From Callorhinchus milii (lineage: Eukaryota), in NCBI RefSeq assembly GCF_018977255.1, contig NW_024704743.1:47618001-47682000 (forward strand): 64,000 nucleotides of DNA, read 5' to 3'. A model generated the notes under the pieces. That model was given only the letters and a program-made list of their open reading frames with translations. It did not search any database and was not told the DNA's origin. Of the stretch, positions 1-12,061 are shown piece by piece (positions within the stretch are counted from its first letter, which is position 1; each line of letters opens with the position of its first letter). Position numbers and translations under genes: made by a program.

Positions 1-115
1 CACAAAATACAGAGTCAACCACTTTAGCCTGTGAAGCACTTTGAGACATCTTGACGACATGATAAATCACTATTTCAACTGCAAGGATTACTATTATTCT
101 TGTTATTATTGTTAT
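1..115 (+). mobile_element. SINE 3' tail (L2-type tail shared by both SINE families)
   Basis: ctgtgaagcactttgagacatcttgacgacatgataaatcactatttcaactgcaaggattactattatt matches the tail of the 35060-35370 copy. Confidence 0.75.
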
Positions 116-469
116 CTTATATAAGTAAACAACATCGCTTTGCCAAAAGTATAATAAAATCGTTATACTATGCTTCAGGCAGAAAGCTGTTTGCTACTTA
201 ACATTTATCTACCATTGAATGATCAAGTTTTGAACAAATGCTTTGCAATCTTTAAAACAAAATTCTTTTAGATTCACAGACAACCCTCACTGAGCAGCTG
301 TAACAATTAGAGTTCAGGCCTCTCCAGTGAGTAAATATTAGTTAAGCGTGTCATCAGGTCATCTTGGGTGTAAAAGACATTGGACGTAAGATCAGTTTGA
401 AGATTCTGGTCAACAGTTTCCCTACAACTGGTAAATTCTTCTGTTTGCAAGTCCTCCTATGTATTTGGC

Positions 470-1915
470 ATGCAGTTAGAGATGATATACTGCAGATTTG
501 GGATTGATTTTAAGGAACCCGTGCTCCCAAATGTGTACAGTCAACAGATGGATTCTGTGGTATCAACCAGGCTACCTCGAGGTCTTCCAACTGATCTGGG
601 GGTCCAAGATGGATAGTGGTGTCCGCAGAGACACGATGCACAAAACCCTGGAAAAGCTGGGGAAAAGGGTCCCTAACGTAGCCCTGATCCTCATGGCCAC
701 CTTTGTGTGTAGCTGCTTGAAGCTGTGCGTGGAGACCCGCTATGTGGGCAACAAATGCCACTAAGTGCTGGGTTTCTACCTGTACCCGGTGCTAAGAAGG
801 GTGGGTCTGGCAGAACTGCCTTGAAACGTTCCACACAGTTGGAGCGTGCCGAACCACCTATCCTATGTTGGGAAATTCCTGAAGAACACCATCCTAAACC
901 CCCGCGCAATCACCGAGTGGCCCACGCAGCAGGTAGTCAAAACAGTTCGAAAGGGGGAGAGGACAGACCCGATTGGGAGGTATCCTGCGGAGACAGCCAG
1001 CTACGTCTGGCAAATTCCTAGTCACTGGCCCTGATCAACAACCATCAGGACATGGGCTGACTGGTGTAAAAGGGGCTCCTCTTCAGGGCTTTCATGCACG
1101 GTTGAGGTCTGGGGCAGTCAGCAAGTTGCCCTCGGGCTGGCTGCAGAGGCCAGGAGACCATGGACCACCTTTTCCCGGAGTGTTGTTCTGCAAACGCAGT
1201 TTGGAAAAAGATGAAATGGATTCTTTCGCAGTTCGACCCGTTGTCACAGCACTCTGTGCTGTTCGGCCTCTTCTTAGGCACTCACAGTGAAATCCACATT
1301 GAGTGTGCCTGGAGGATCATATACTCGGTAAAGGAGGCCCTTTGGCACTCCCAACACCAGGTGTACTTCTGGCAGAATGAGGGGATGGTAAGGGCCTGCC
1401 TCAGACTCGCGCAGGCTAGGATCAGGGACTAGATACTGAGGGACAAGCTGAAGTTCGGTTCAACCACGGCAAAGGCCAGATGGGGCCTGACCCCAGCAGG
1501 AGCACAACCCGCTCAGGGCGCACCCACAGGGTAGCCCACGAGCGCACCCAAAACTGACTGAAGTAAGGGTACAGAAGGACGCTCGAGATGTAACCAAGGA
1601 GCATCCTGAAAATGTATGTACCATACGTGCACGTATGGTGCAATTCAGGGCGGCTTCTGAAAGCGGCAAGTGCACCTTATCAGGGTGTGTGAGAGTGGGC
1701 ACATGATATGGTGTACATAGGGGCGACTCCCGACTGTTAAAGAGAGCGTCCCCAAACAATGTGTGCACAACCTATGTGTGGTGAAGGAATGCACTGTAAA
1801 CAACAGAATGTTTTTTGTATCGGAAGAAAAGGAAAACATTGTAACAAAAGGTGTGTTTGTTTGTCTGTTGTTCTAAATATTATATTTATAAATAAATATA
1901 TATTTTTTAAAAAAG
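470..1915 (+). mobile_element. L1/Tx1-clade LINE, 5'-truncated, decayed ORF2 C-terminus plus 3' UTR
   Basis: Frame-shifted peptides ...KRVPNVALILMATFVCSCLKLCVE... and CPRAGCRGQETMDHLFPEC (CCHC knuckle typical of the L1/Tx1 ORF2 C-terminus); ends in aataaa and an A-run at ~1890-1915. Confidence 0.8.
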
Positions 1916-3344
1916 CTGTTTGATAGGAAAATTAAGGCAGGATTTAGTCTGGTTCCCACTCACGTTCATAAACAACTTGAGCTTCTATCTCATGGCTTAA
2001 GCCAAATTGTATGCACATTATTGAACTCCAGCTGTGAGGTCTATGCCTGGCGCCACCCATACAAGATATAAATAATTTTCCTAATAACAGATACAGTAGA
2101 GGGGAATTCTAGAATAAGATGTGAGTAGGAATGTACAACATAAATTCTAAGCAGGATTTTAGAAATGCAAATCATTCACTGAAATATCCTGTTATTTATG
2201 TTAGCCAGGAGACTCTACAGTTAATGGTGCTACAATACTGAATTTCTGACTATTTTGTGCTCATTCAGGGCGGACTGATTGTCTTGTCATTTGCAAATCA
2301 ATGTTTCTTTCACCACCTTTCTATAATGATTTTCCCTTTCTTGCATAGATAATACTGTAAAAATCATTATGTACAATGCAAAAGTGTGTTCTAGTAGCGT
2401 ATGCTAGTAGAGCATAGGCAGGGTTAACCACATTGTATTTGCAATGTGTGAGTAATTTGAAATATGATGCACTTGTCTTCATAAAGATGAGAGAAAGCAG
2501 ATTCACCACACATAACCAAACTTGTGAAGTTTTAACTAATACATACATGCAGAGGAATAATGTTCTGCAAGATCAGAGGAAATGTGTCCTTAGTGAACTT
2601 TTGATACCCTGGATACAGTTAAATGACATTTTTAAAAAACAAATTCTGTGGTTTCTTGACAGATTGGTAGCCCGGAGCAGTCTGTTCCTATTCCTTTTTA
2701 TTAAAAAACCTGGCTGTATTTGTTATATCAGGAACATTTCATACTAGAGATAGTTATTTTGTACTAAGCTATATTTTCCAACTTCCAGTGGTCAAATTTA
2801 ATTAGAAAGAGAAGGAGTGTAGGACAGGAAATTAGTATTTGTAAGAGGACCAGAAAAGCTCCTGATGTCCATTGCACACTAGTAAATGTAATGGACTTTA
2901 GTAATCAGGAATGTTTTAAAAATTGAACATTAGCAATGTCCCCACTAGCAACTGCTGATATATTTCAAGGGAAGTTAAGCAACCTACAGCTTGGGTTGTA
3001 AGGGGGCAAAAGCAAAGAAAAAATGCCTAGGTTTATGGGATAATTTGACAGCTAATTGTTTAAATTATTGGCCCACACTGTCCAAATGATTGCTAAATTA
3101 AAGCAAATTTACAAAATCTTTCTGGGATATCTGGAAAGCCACCATTTGCTGTACAGAAACTATTCTAAGGAAAGAACAGCAAGCATAACAGAGCTAACAT
3201 AAAATAGCACTGGCCGAAGCCAGTGAATCGAGTACATCTAACTGATATGGAAGCTTTTTAAAGTGGGATGTTAATCAACTGAATAATTATTCATCTCCAC
3301 TCTGTCCTGTGAAAGCAAAAATATGTATCAGATTGAACTGGAAC

Positions 3345-3499
3345 AGCAATCCGCCAATCGACTAACAACTGGGTTCCTACTTACTGCTAGGTAAACAGAG
3401 AAGTGTGGAGTAAGGCCCAACATTCACCCTACCCGGGAAATGAACTCAGGTCTCTCGCTTGCGAGGCGAGAGCTCTAACCACTGAGCTACAGGACTCCA
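3345..3499 (-). mobile_element. tRNA-Ala-headed SINE, head and central domain only
   Basis: Reverse strand tggagtcctgtagctcagtggttagagctctcgcctcgcaagcgag (A box, anticodon arm) followed by ...tttacctagcagtaagtaggaacccagttgttagtcgattgg. Confidence 0.85.
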
Positions 3500-3924
3500 G
3501 ATTATTTGCATTCAAATATGAAATTCCTTACATTTGATATAAATCTTTTCACGTCAAGATGACGTCCAAAGTGCTGTATAGTTAGTGACTGTGTGTTTTA
3601 GTTAGCGAAATATGTCCATATAATATAAACACACACCAACATCATACAAGCTAAATTCACAACATTTTACAGTTGTGTGTTTGAAAAACAAATGTTTATG
3701 ATTTTGGCCATCCTAATTCGCTCATTCTTTCCTCCTCAATCATCATGCCCCATCTATCCCCGCTCCCCACTCACTTGTTTCTCCTCTTCTCCTGCCCTCT
3801 ATGCTTCTTTTTCCTAATGTATTGTCCCGCAGCCTCTCCCTACTCCAGCTTGAGCATCTTCCACCTTCCCAGCCAATCTCCTCAGCTCTACCACTCAGAA
3901 AACCCAATTGATTCAGAAGTCTGC

Positions 3925-4660
3925 AACTTTCTGCCTCAGTACTTCCGCCTTGACCCCTCCTTGCCCATCTTTAGATCGAAGACCTTCCTCTTCAACCATG
4001 CCGAAGATCATCTCCCCTCTCTCCCTACCTCGGCATCAAGCTCCGCCACTGTTACGTGCTCTGAGATGCTACCCTGTATGATGGGTGCTATATAAATACA
4101 AGTTGCCATTGGTTGCCCAAGAACAGACACCCAACGACCCCAACCCCAATCTTAGCATCAGGCCCACCAACCCCATGACCTGGGAGTGAACCCCTCCTTG
4201 CTCATTCCCATTACTGCTCATCCCCATCACCCCCTTGGCCTGACACCCCCCTGACCGCCCGCCCAACCCTCTGAAAACTCCTCCATCACCCTTCCATTCC
4301 CTCACTTCATTCACCACTATCTCTTCCCCCAGGTTGCTCATTTCAGCTAAAATGACCTCCTCCCTCAGGCTTCTCAGTTCGTCAGCTCTTCCCTACACAA
4401 GAGGCAAACCATCCAAAATTATGCAGCTCCAGTCTCCCCTGCATCATGCTGCATAATCCCTCTCCCCATCCTCACTTGGCTCCCCATCCTCACTTATCTT
4501 CCCTTTTCCTCCCGGATCAAATTCAAGATTCAAGTCCTCACTTTCAAATGCCTTCATGGCCTCGGCTCACCCTGTTTCTGTGATCTCCTGCGATCCTTCT
4601 GCTCCATCTGTTCTCTTTGCTCAGCAAACACTGGCCTGTTCTCCACCCACTTCAGCTATA
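3925..4660 (+). mobile_element. Decayed L2 LINE fragments, including a 3' tail at ~4030-4105
   Basis: cggatcaaattcaagattcaagtcctcactttcaaa (RIKFKI..LTFK); tail gctctgagatgctaccc...ggtgctatataaatacaagttg. Confidence 0.7.
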
Positions 4661-4671
4661 TATAACTTTAG

Positions 4672-5220
4672 AACTTGTAGAATTGTGTGCCCCCTCCCTT
4701 CCACCTTCAAACACTTGAATAACATTAGAGCACGAATCTACCACTCAAATAGTCAACGTTATTACATTTATTGTAGCCCTTCCATACTTTATAATAATAA
4801 TAATAACTTTGATACCTTTTGAGATAGCTTTGCAAAGTGACAGGTGCTTTTTAAATGTAAATTGTTGTTGTCGTCATCAACACTCATGTTGTAACTCAGT
4901 GTATTTTGTGAATAATGTTTCTCCTTGTATATCCTTTGTATTTCATCTAAAGTTATATATTTTTCCTTTGCACCTTAGCTTACATCTTCAACCATTTATC
5001 TAATAATTGAACTAGGAGAAATGGCAGGTGATCTGATTTCAGGGCTCTGTTCTGTCACAGTAGGCTGGTGTATTTCTTGTTTAAATTATATTCTGTTTTC
5101 CTCTGATGGTATGGCTAAACTTGTAGAATTGTGTGCCCAAACACTTGAATAACATTAGAGCACGAATCTACCACTCAAATAGTCAACGTTATTACATTTA
5201 TTGTAGCCCTTCCATACTTT
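4672..5220 (+). repeat. Dispersed direct duplication of ~103 bp (4672-4790 and 5118-5220)
   Basis: aacttgtagaattgtgtgccc...aaacacttgaataacattagagcacg...cttccatacttt occurs twice; the first copy carries a 16-nt insert. Confidence 0.95.
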
Positions 5221-5343
5221 CTATTTCAAATAAACCTTTTTAAAAATGTATTAGTCGACCATTTCAGCATAGTGGGGGACCATGGAATATTATGCAGAGA
5301 TAAAGTCCAGGAATACCATTGAGAACTGGATGATTTATAATAC

Positions 5344-5701
5344 TAATAATAATCTTTGTATTTGATGTAGCACCTTATCACGTCTTCCAGACATCTCAAA
5401 GCGCTTCACAGAATATACTGTAAAGTGAATTGACTGTGTATTTTGTGGGTGAAGCACAGCAGCCAATTGCACACAGCAGTGTCCCACAAACAGTCACACA
5501 AATTATTATTTTGTTTTGGGAGGGATTATTACCCCTTGAAAGCGATCCTGCAATCGACTAACAATCAGGTTCCTACTTACTGCTAGGTAAACAGGCGTGT
5601 GGAGTATGGAAACTTGCAAAATGTTTCCCCCTGCCTGGGAATTGAATCCAGGTCCTCTCACTTGCGAGACGAGTGCTCTAACCACTAAGCTCAGGACTCC
5701 A
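5344..5701 (-). mobile_element. tRNA-Ala-headed SINE, full length, long variant
   Basis: tRNA-like head, central cctgtttacctagcagtaagtaggaacc domain, shared tail ending in (ATT)n. Confidence 0.9.
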
Positions 5702-6457
5702 TTTGCATGAGACGTACAATAAAATTCCTCATTCACATTATGTGTTTATTAATTTTACAGCACAGCAAAAATGCATTTAACTCCTTTTTTTGAAAAAATA
5801 ATCATCCCAGTAACTGATATCTGAAAATTTCTAATGATCTATTTTTGTGGTGGAAAATTCCAGCTGTTTTGAAGAGTTCTGAGAGTATATGAGTTGTGTA
5901 CAGATACTGCATTAGTATTTTTGTCTGCAAATTACTTCCTTCCTAATGAAAGGACAATCTCTTCAGATGTTTGTTCAATTTAGTTTGAGTGTACAGACTG
6001 AATTGTTTACTCTTTAATATAACTGCATGATATTTATTAGAAGCATTTTTATATCATCTATAAAGATGTTGTCTTGGTACTGGGAGTGGCACAGTTTCTG
6101 ACAAAGGCTATAATGCTAAGTCAACAATGAATGTACACAGTGGACACAGCAGCGGCCTTAACATCTGCTTGCATGCTGCTACATGGAAATAATGTGTTCT
6201 TAATAATAGTATTATTATTGTTACTCAAGCTATATGTACATGATGCCACATTTTTAAACATCTACGGTAAATTTGCTGTATTTCTGTAAGCAGTTTTTTA
6301 AATGTGTTTAATAACATAATAGTTACACTAATAATAGAAATGTGTATAGATATAAGATTGTCAACATTGAAACTGCTCCTTTTTCTTTTTTCTACTTTAT
6401 TTTCTCACATTTTTTTATCCCCCTTTAGTTCTACATAATAATTCCAGTTCCCTAGCC

Positions 6458-7443
6458 TTACAACAACACTAACAAAATTACATTTGTGTAGCGCCTTTCA
6501 TGTCGGGAGGATGTTCCAAGGTGCTGGACAGTCAGTGTTTCGAACCCGAGCTGAGGGTCGGGATTGGGGAGAGTGGAGGGCAGGGGGGGAAGGAAGGTGA
6601 TCAAAGGCATGGTTGAAGAGGAGGGTCTTGAGATGGATCTTGAAGGAGACAAGGGAGGGGGTGAGGGAGTGGGACTGCGGGATGGAGTTCCAGAGGATAG
6701 GGATAGAGTGGCTGAAGGCCCGCCCACCAATGATGGGGTGGGCAAAGCGGGGGACATGAAGCAGGATGGAGCCCGCTGAGTGGAGGCAGCGAGCAGGTTG
6801 GTAGGGGGTTAGGAAGTCGCAGAGGTAGGGGGGAGCAAGACCATGGAGGGTTTTGAAGGTGAGGACTAGGGTCTTGAACTGTATCCTCTGAGTGTTGGGA
6901 AGCCAGTGGAGTCGGGCGATGATGGGGGTGATAGGGTCACGGAGCCTGGTGCGGGAGAGAACACAAGCTGCAGAGTTCTGGATGATTTGCAGCCTCTGGA
7001 GGGAGGAGTTGGGGAGGCCGGCAAGCAGGGTGTTTGTACAGTAAGCCTGGATGTTATGAATGCGTGTATCAGTGTTTCGGTGGCCTGCGGTTTGAGAAAG
7101 TGGCTGAGCCGGGCGGTGTTGTAGAGGTGGGGGAAGGCAGAGCGGTTCAAGGCACGGATGTGGGGTAGAAAGGATAGTTGAGGGTCAAACAAGACCCCAA
7201 GGTTCCGGACCGGCTTAGTAAGGTGGAGTGTGCAACCATGGAGGGCGATGCTGTCAGCGCCTGAGGTGTGGAGGCGCTGACGGGAGCCAATCAGGAGAGC
7301 CTCGGTCTTGTTGACGTTCAACTGTAGAAAGTTATCTCTCATCCAGGACTTGATGTCTGACAGACATTCTGTCAGCACAGCAGTGGTCCTGGAGTCAAGG
7401 GCGGAGGCAGAGAGAGAAGAAACATGTGGAAGTTGACCCCTTG
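6458..7443 (-). mobile_element. L2 LINE, 5'-truncated (subfamily a)
   Basis: ORF 6866..7378 [26 protein letters not shown]...[12 protein letters not shown] (L2 RT C-terminus); 3' stem-loop and (GTT)n tail. Confidence 0.92.
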
Positions 7444-8242
7444 TCTTATTATCTTCAGTGAACTCATCTCATCAGAGCCCTCTGTTAATGTAATGTGTTA
7501 AATTTTTTGGAAGGGCAGAAGTGAGGGGTGGTTGTGACCTGTTCTCGATTCAGCATGAAATATGATTGGCTAAATTGAAAATGGTAAATAATTAATTTGG
7601 CATTCTGAAATGATGCTATTTTTACTTGGAATTAATTGCACAGTCCTAAAATGAACAGTTTCTACAACTACCTCTAATCCTCCTGACTTTGTTTCACAAA
7701 ATCATTAAAATTTGTTGCAAATTCATTTGATGATGCAAGAGAAGGATTCGCCACTCCTTTGGTTAGCAATTTAACTACAGTTTTTCAAATGGAGAATCTT
7801 ATTCCTGAGGAGTATGTTTTGGGTGCTGGTAGTTGACTTGTCTATGATCTTCAGATTGTTTCCAATTATCTCATCAAACATGGAAGTGATGAAAATCAAA
7901 TGAGATTTCATTACAATAAAGAGATTCTTGAATTGGAGAATACTGTGAATTATACTATTTCATTCTTAAGTGTACAAAGATTACTCTGTAAGACTAGATA
8001 GAATTCACATTTCTTTTTATATTTGTCAACACCAGAACTGAATTAGTACAAATTTTAAAATAGAATTTCATCTTAAACAAAAATAATTTGAACATTTTTA
8101 TCTTTTGGAAAGAGGTATAAATATAAAATATTGAAGTTTGTAGTTTTCTTTCTAAAAATCTAAGAATAATAGTTTTTTAAAAAGTTATACACTGTACAAA
8201 CAAGTTCATGGTCAGTTTTCGAATGTACACTAACAGATTTTA

Positions 8243-8257
8243 CCACTGGAGGGCAGC
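8243..8257 (+). promoter_or_regulatory. Candidate CTCF site
   Basis: ccactggagggcagc differs by one base from the core consensus CCACTAGAGGGCAGC, in an AT-rich non-repeat context; motif match only. Confidence 0.35.
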
Positions 8258-8963
8258 AATACACTATATCTCGCACTGTTTCAAACTTGCACTGGACTCA
8301 ACCTTCAATTTTAAGTTTCACTGACCAAAAAGTATGCATTTCTGCATGACACCAGATTTAAAAAATAGTTTTATTTACTTCAGTGCAACCCAATTGCTTA
8401 TCATAATTGCTGAATAAACTGTTACTCTTTCAAATCAATATTAACTTGGGAGAGAAAATGTCTTTCCTCAACTGACACTGAGCAGGACAACCGTACCTGA
8501 GTTAAGTAAACTAGTCCTAGATTGTTGCTTGAATGATACAGGGTGATCAGTTCTAAAGTGATGTCTGGGGTCCATAAAAGTAGATCCTGTAGTATAATGG
8601 ATCTGTGAGAAAAAAAATTGCCTGTTGTTCCATTTTCTGAGTCATCAGTTTGCTGCTCATGTTACTTCTGGAGTGTAATGGCTGGTTTCTTGCCTCGAGG
8701 AAGCTAGCCATTCAGTCATAACTGCGCTTCTTTAGCACTTTTAGCACTAGTAATATTCATCAGAGAGGTTGCAACAACCTGGCCAGTTTCCTGTGGGTGT
8801 CACACATGCTGCGCAGGATACCGGACAGACTAGCCATTAGTGTACTGCAATTCTGGTAACTCCAGATTCAAGCAAAGCCTGTTTTATAAGCAGGCTTTTG
8901 TTTTAGTGAGAGACTTTATCAACTGGGTTACTCTGTTTAATGTTCCGTGCAATAACTGCATGC

Positions 8964-9461
8964 AATTTGAACACAATGCTCAGAAATTAGAAGATAACTC
9001 ACTCGGTTTGCTGGATAGTAATTTCCAAATGTATTTAGAATATTTGTAAATTAAGGTAATTTTACAGCCATATTTTAAGAATATGTGAACACTTTCAAAC
9101 AAGATAAGTCTCAACCTCAATTGACATATTAAAATGTGATTGGCAAAATGCATAGCGGAAAATGTTATTGCTATGATAAACTGAAATGTCTGAAAATGCT
9201 GTGAAGAATAGAAACAATTTGGTTTTATTTAATTTGTTAGTGGCAGCAAGTTGGGGACGACAATAATTTCAATTGAATCATTATGATGGTCTTTTAAACC
9301 ACAAAGCTAATTTGAACACAATGTTCAGAAATTAGAAGATAACTCACTCGATTTGCTGGATAGTAATTTCCAAATGTATTTTGAATATTTGTAAGTTAAG
9401 GTAATTTTACAGCCATATTTTAAGAATATATGAACACTTTCAAACAAGTCTCAACTTGACA
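8964..9461 (+). repeat. Dispersed direct duplication of ~155-160 bp (8964-9126 and 9309-9461)
   Basis: aatttgaacacaatg(c/t)tcagaaattagaagataactcactcg...ctttcaaacaag...ttgaca occurs twice with a few substitutions and small indels. Confidence 0.95.
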
Positions 9462-11799
9462 ATGCTTTATGATTGTCAGCAGAACCCTGAGGTTGAGGGG
9501 CATACTTTCAGTAGATAGTACTCACCCCTTGCCATCTTTTGTAATTTTTAAGAAAGTACATCTCCCCACTTAATGTTGTTCCCTCTCCCACAATGAGCTG
9601 TCATTTTAGGTCTTTGTTCATACCCAGAGGCACTCTAGCTGTGATAGTCCCCCTGGTTTAGGGACTTTAATATTGACTCTAAACTGGACTAATACTTTGG
9701 TGCCCAAATACATGAGTGGAGCCAAACCAGGAGTCATATTGGCCAGCGGTTATATGAACATTCAGGTATAAGCAAAGACCTGGAATGCTAGGACTCAATG
9801 AGTTCTTCTTTTAAGACATAGTAAAGACAGAATTCAACAATTTACTAAATTCTGGATGCTTTTAAATGCTAGATAAATAGAGTTAATATTGACCCAGGGA
9901 GAATTCTGCCAGGTGGTTCGATACTTTTTCTGTTTAGTAGATGTGAAAGGTGTGATGTAAGTGAAAAAGTATTGTTGAACTACAGTAAACTGATAATGTG
10001 TCACTCCAAGAGAAAAGGGTTCAGTGGTGAGTTAGGCATATGTATAAATACATAAATAAATGTGGCCAGGATATTGATAGCATGATGATTTAAGTGGTAG
10101 TGACAAGTTAAGTCAGAGGCGAGTTATCAGGAGTTTACTGTATGTTATACGATAAGCAGGTCTTCAAATGGAATACAGGCAATACTGTATACATCTATGC
10201 ATTAAGCATTAACCCTTTCCCCCTCAGATGTTACAAGGCTTTCCACTATTTTCAATGGAAATTCATCATCTTGCCGGCTTTGGAATGCTTAAACAGTTGT
10301 CACTCTTCATGAGTAAATTCTGTCCATTGCAAAGCTTTCCTGTGATAAGAATTTCCTGGCTGATGATTTGTGGTACTTTCTTTATTCAGTCTGGGCAAAT
10401 AATTTTCACCAGCTGTTTCAATTCAGTGGGCTTAATGTGTTCATAAATACTTCCAGCAAAAGCTCCAGTAGATTTCATTTAGACGTTGGTGATTATTTTT
10501 CCGGTTTCATATGGTCAATACATATAAGCTTATAATGTTGCTTTTCTTTCCCTCCACCCTTATTGGAAAGTCTTTTCATCTGCAGTAAATCTAAGTTGAT
10601 GAATGAATGCTCTACCCTCTTAAACCACCTCATAATCATTGCCATTTGCCACTAATGTGTCTTACACAAGATTCAACTCTCGAAGCATAAAGCACAGCAT
10701 TTGCTGTGTTTACTGTACCTGCATGGAGTGCCTGTGAATAGATCATTATCTCAAAATAAATTGTTTTTTAGAAGCCACATGAATGAAGGTTTTACAGCTT
10801 TCATTATTTTAATCAATACTATATGGATTTTTTTCTTTTTAAAGTCAAGAGTTTAAGATTTAGCCTGCAGCAAAATATTGAAGGACATTTTTATTTCTGT
10901 TGCATGCGATTTGGGGGACTTGGATGAATTTTCAGGACCAATTGTCACAAAAGTTATTTGTGACCCATGTTTTATTGAAAACTACCTTTGCACTATAATT
11001 ATGACTGTTTTCCAACCACTCAATTGTGGTGCAGCAAGGAGGAGGGAGGAGAGGAAGAGTCCCCTATTATTGAATCATTTACTGGATTAGTTGGGTAGAT
11101 GTATGGTTTCCATGATTATCCTGATGCCAGTCTAAGGGGAAGAGCGAGAACATTGTTTTAGTGCAGTTTGCAAGGTGTAATTTAACATTTTTATGGACTG
11201 AGCTGACCCTGTCCTGCCCCTTCAATCCGCATAAGTATAGATGGCAGTGTTAATGCTACCTATTCTGATGTGTTTTACATAGCAACTGGTTCATATCCTC
11301 AGGAATTATTTGGTGTGCTAATGGTATACTTGAGAATCTTTTTGTTGCACTTGATGTTTAAAAATAAACTCAAAATATTATAATTTTGCAAATATTTTGG
11401 ATACAAGTAATTAATAGGATGTCACATGAAGTGTTGATTAATAGCAAAGTATTTTATGATTTGGTTGCTCAGTTCAATTTTAATCCTTGAGGGATGGGAA
11501 GAGGAGGACGTAAGTGGGTTTTCTTTGGGGATGAGTCGGCTTCAAGGTGATATGTTTGCCAATAGAAAATCTGAATTTAGTTGATCTTTGGTAGTCTTGG
11601 TAGTCAGATACTTGAGACAGGCATTTCTTTAGCATGGTGATGGATGGCTGCTTGTATCAGACATCTGTCAAACAAAACAAAATATTGAATAGGCAGTGGA
11701 TCTGAGAGGACTACTGAGAGGATGGATCTGCCTTGGTAGAGATGTTTCTCTCAAAAGTTTTTACAACCAATAGCTGACAATCTCTTAGAGGAAAAAAAA

Positions 11800-11980
11800 A
11801 TGGTCATTCATTTCATGGCTGTTTGTGGGATATTGCTGTGAGAAAATTGTCTGCCTTGCTTGCCCATATCTAAACAGTCAATACCCTTTGCAGAAAACTC
11901 TGTGAAGCAGTTTGAGATGTTCCAATGTGATTGTGTGACATATAAAATGCAAAGATTATTATTATATTATGATTATTATT
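11800..11980 (+). mobile_element. SINE 3' tail
   Basis: tggtcattcatttcatggctgtttgtgggatattgctgtg...ctgtgaagcagtttgagatg...aaatgcaaagattattatt. Confidence 0.75.
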
Positions 11981-12061
11981 GTTAGTGTACAAACTAGTAA
12001 TCCAAGATCTGAAAGGATTTTTAGTAATCAGGTTTGAAAATCTGGTGTTCCTGTAGTTGAA

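Noticed and set aside
272..326. Possible 55-nt exon (ttttAG ... CCA|GTGAGT)
   Set aside because: Stops in all three frames; only a non-coding or poison exon is possible and nothing else supports it
9600..10200. Possible very old CR1 remnants (also ~42970-43170 and ~53200-53400)
   Set aside because: Only scattered short similarities; too decayed to delimit by eye
10228..10446. 72-aa ORF after a good acceptor (ccctttccccctcAG)
   Set aside because: No recognisable protein and only a weak donor
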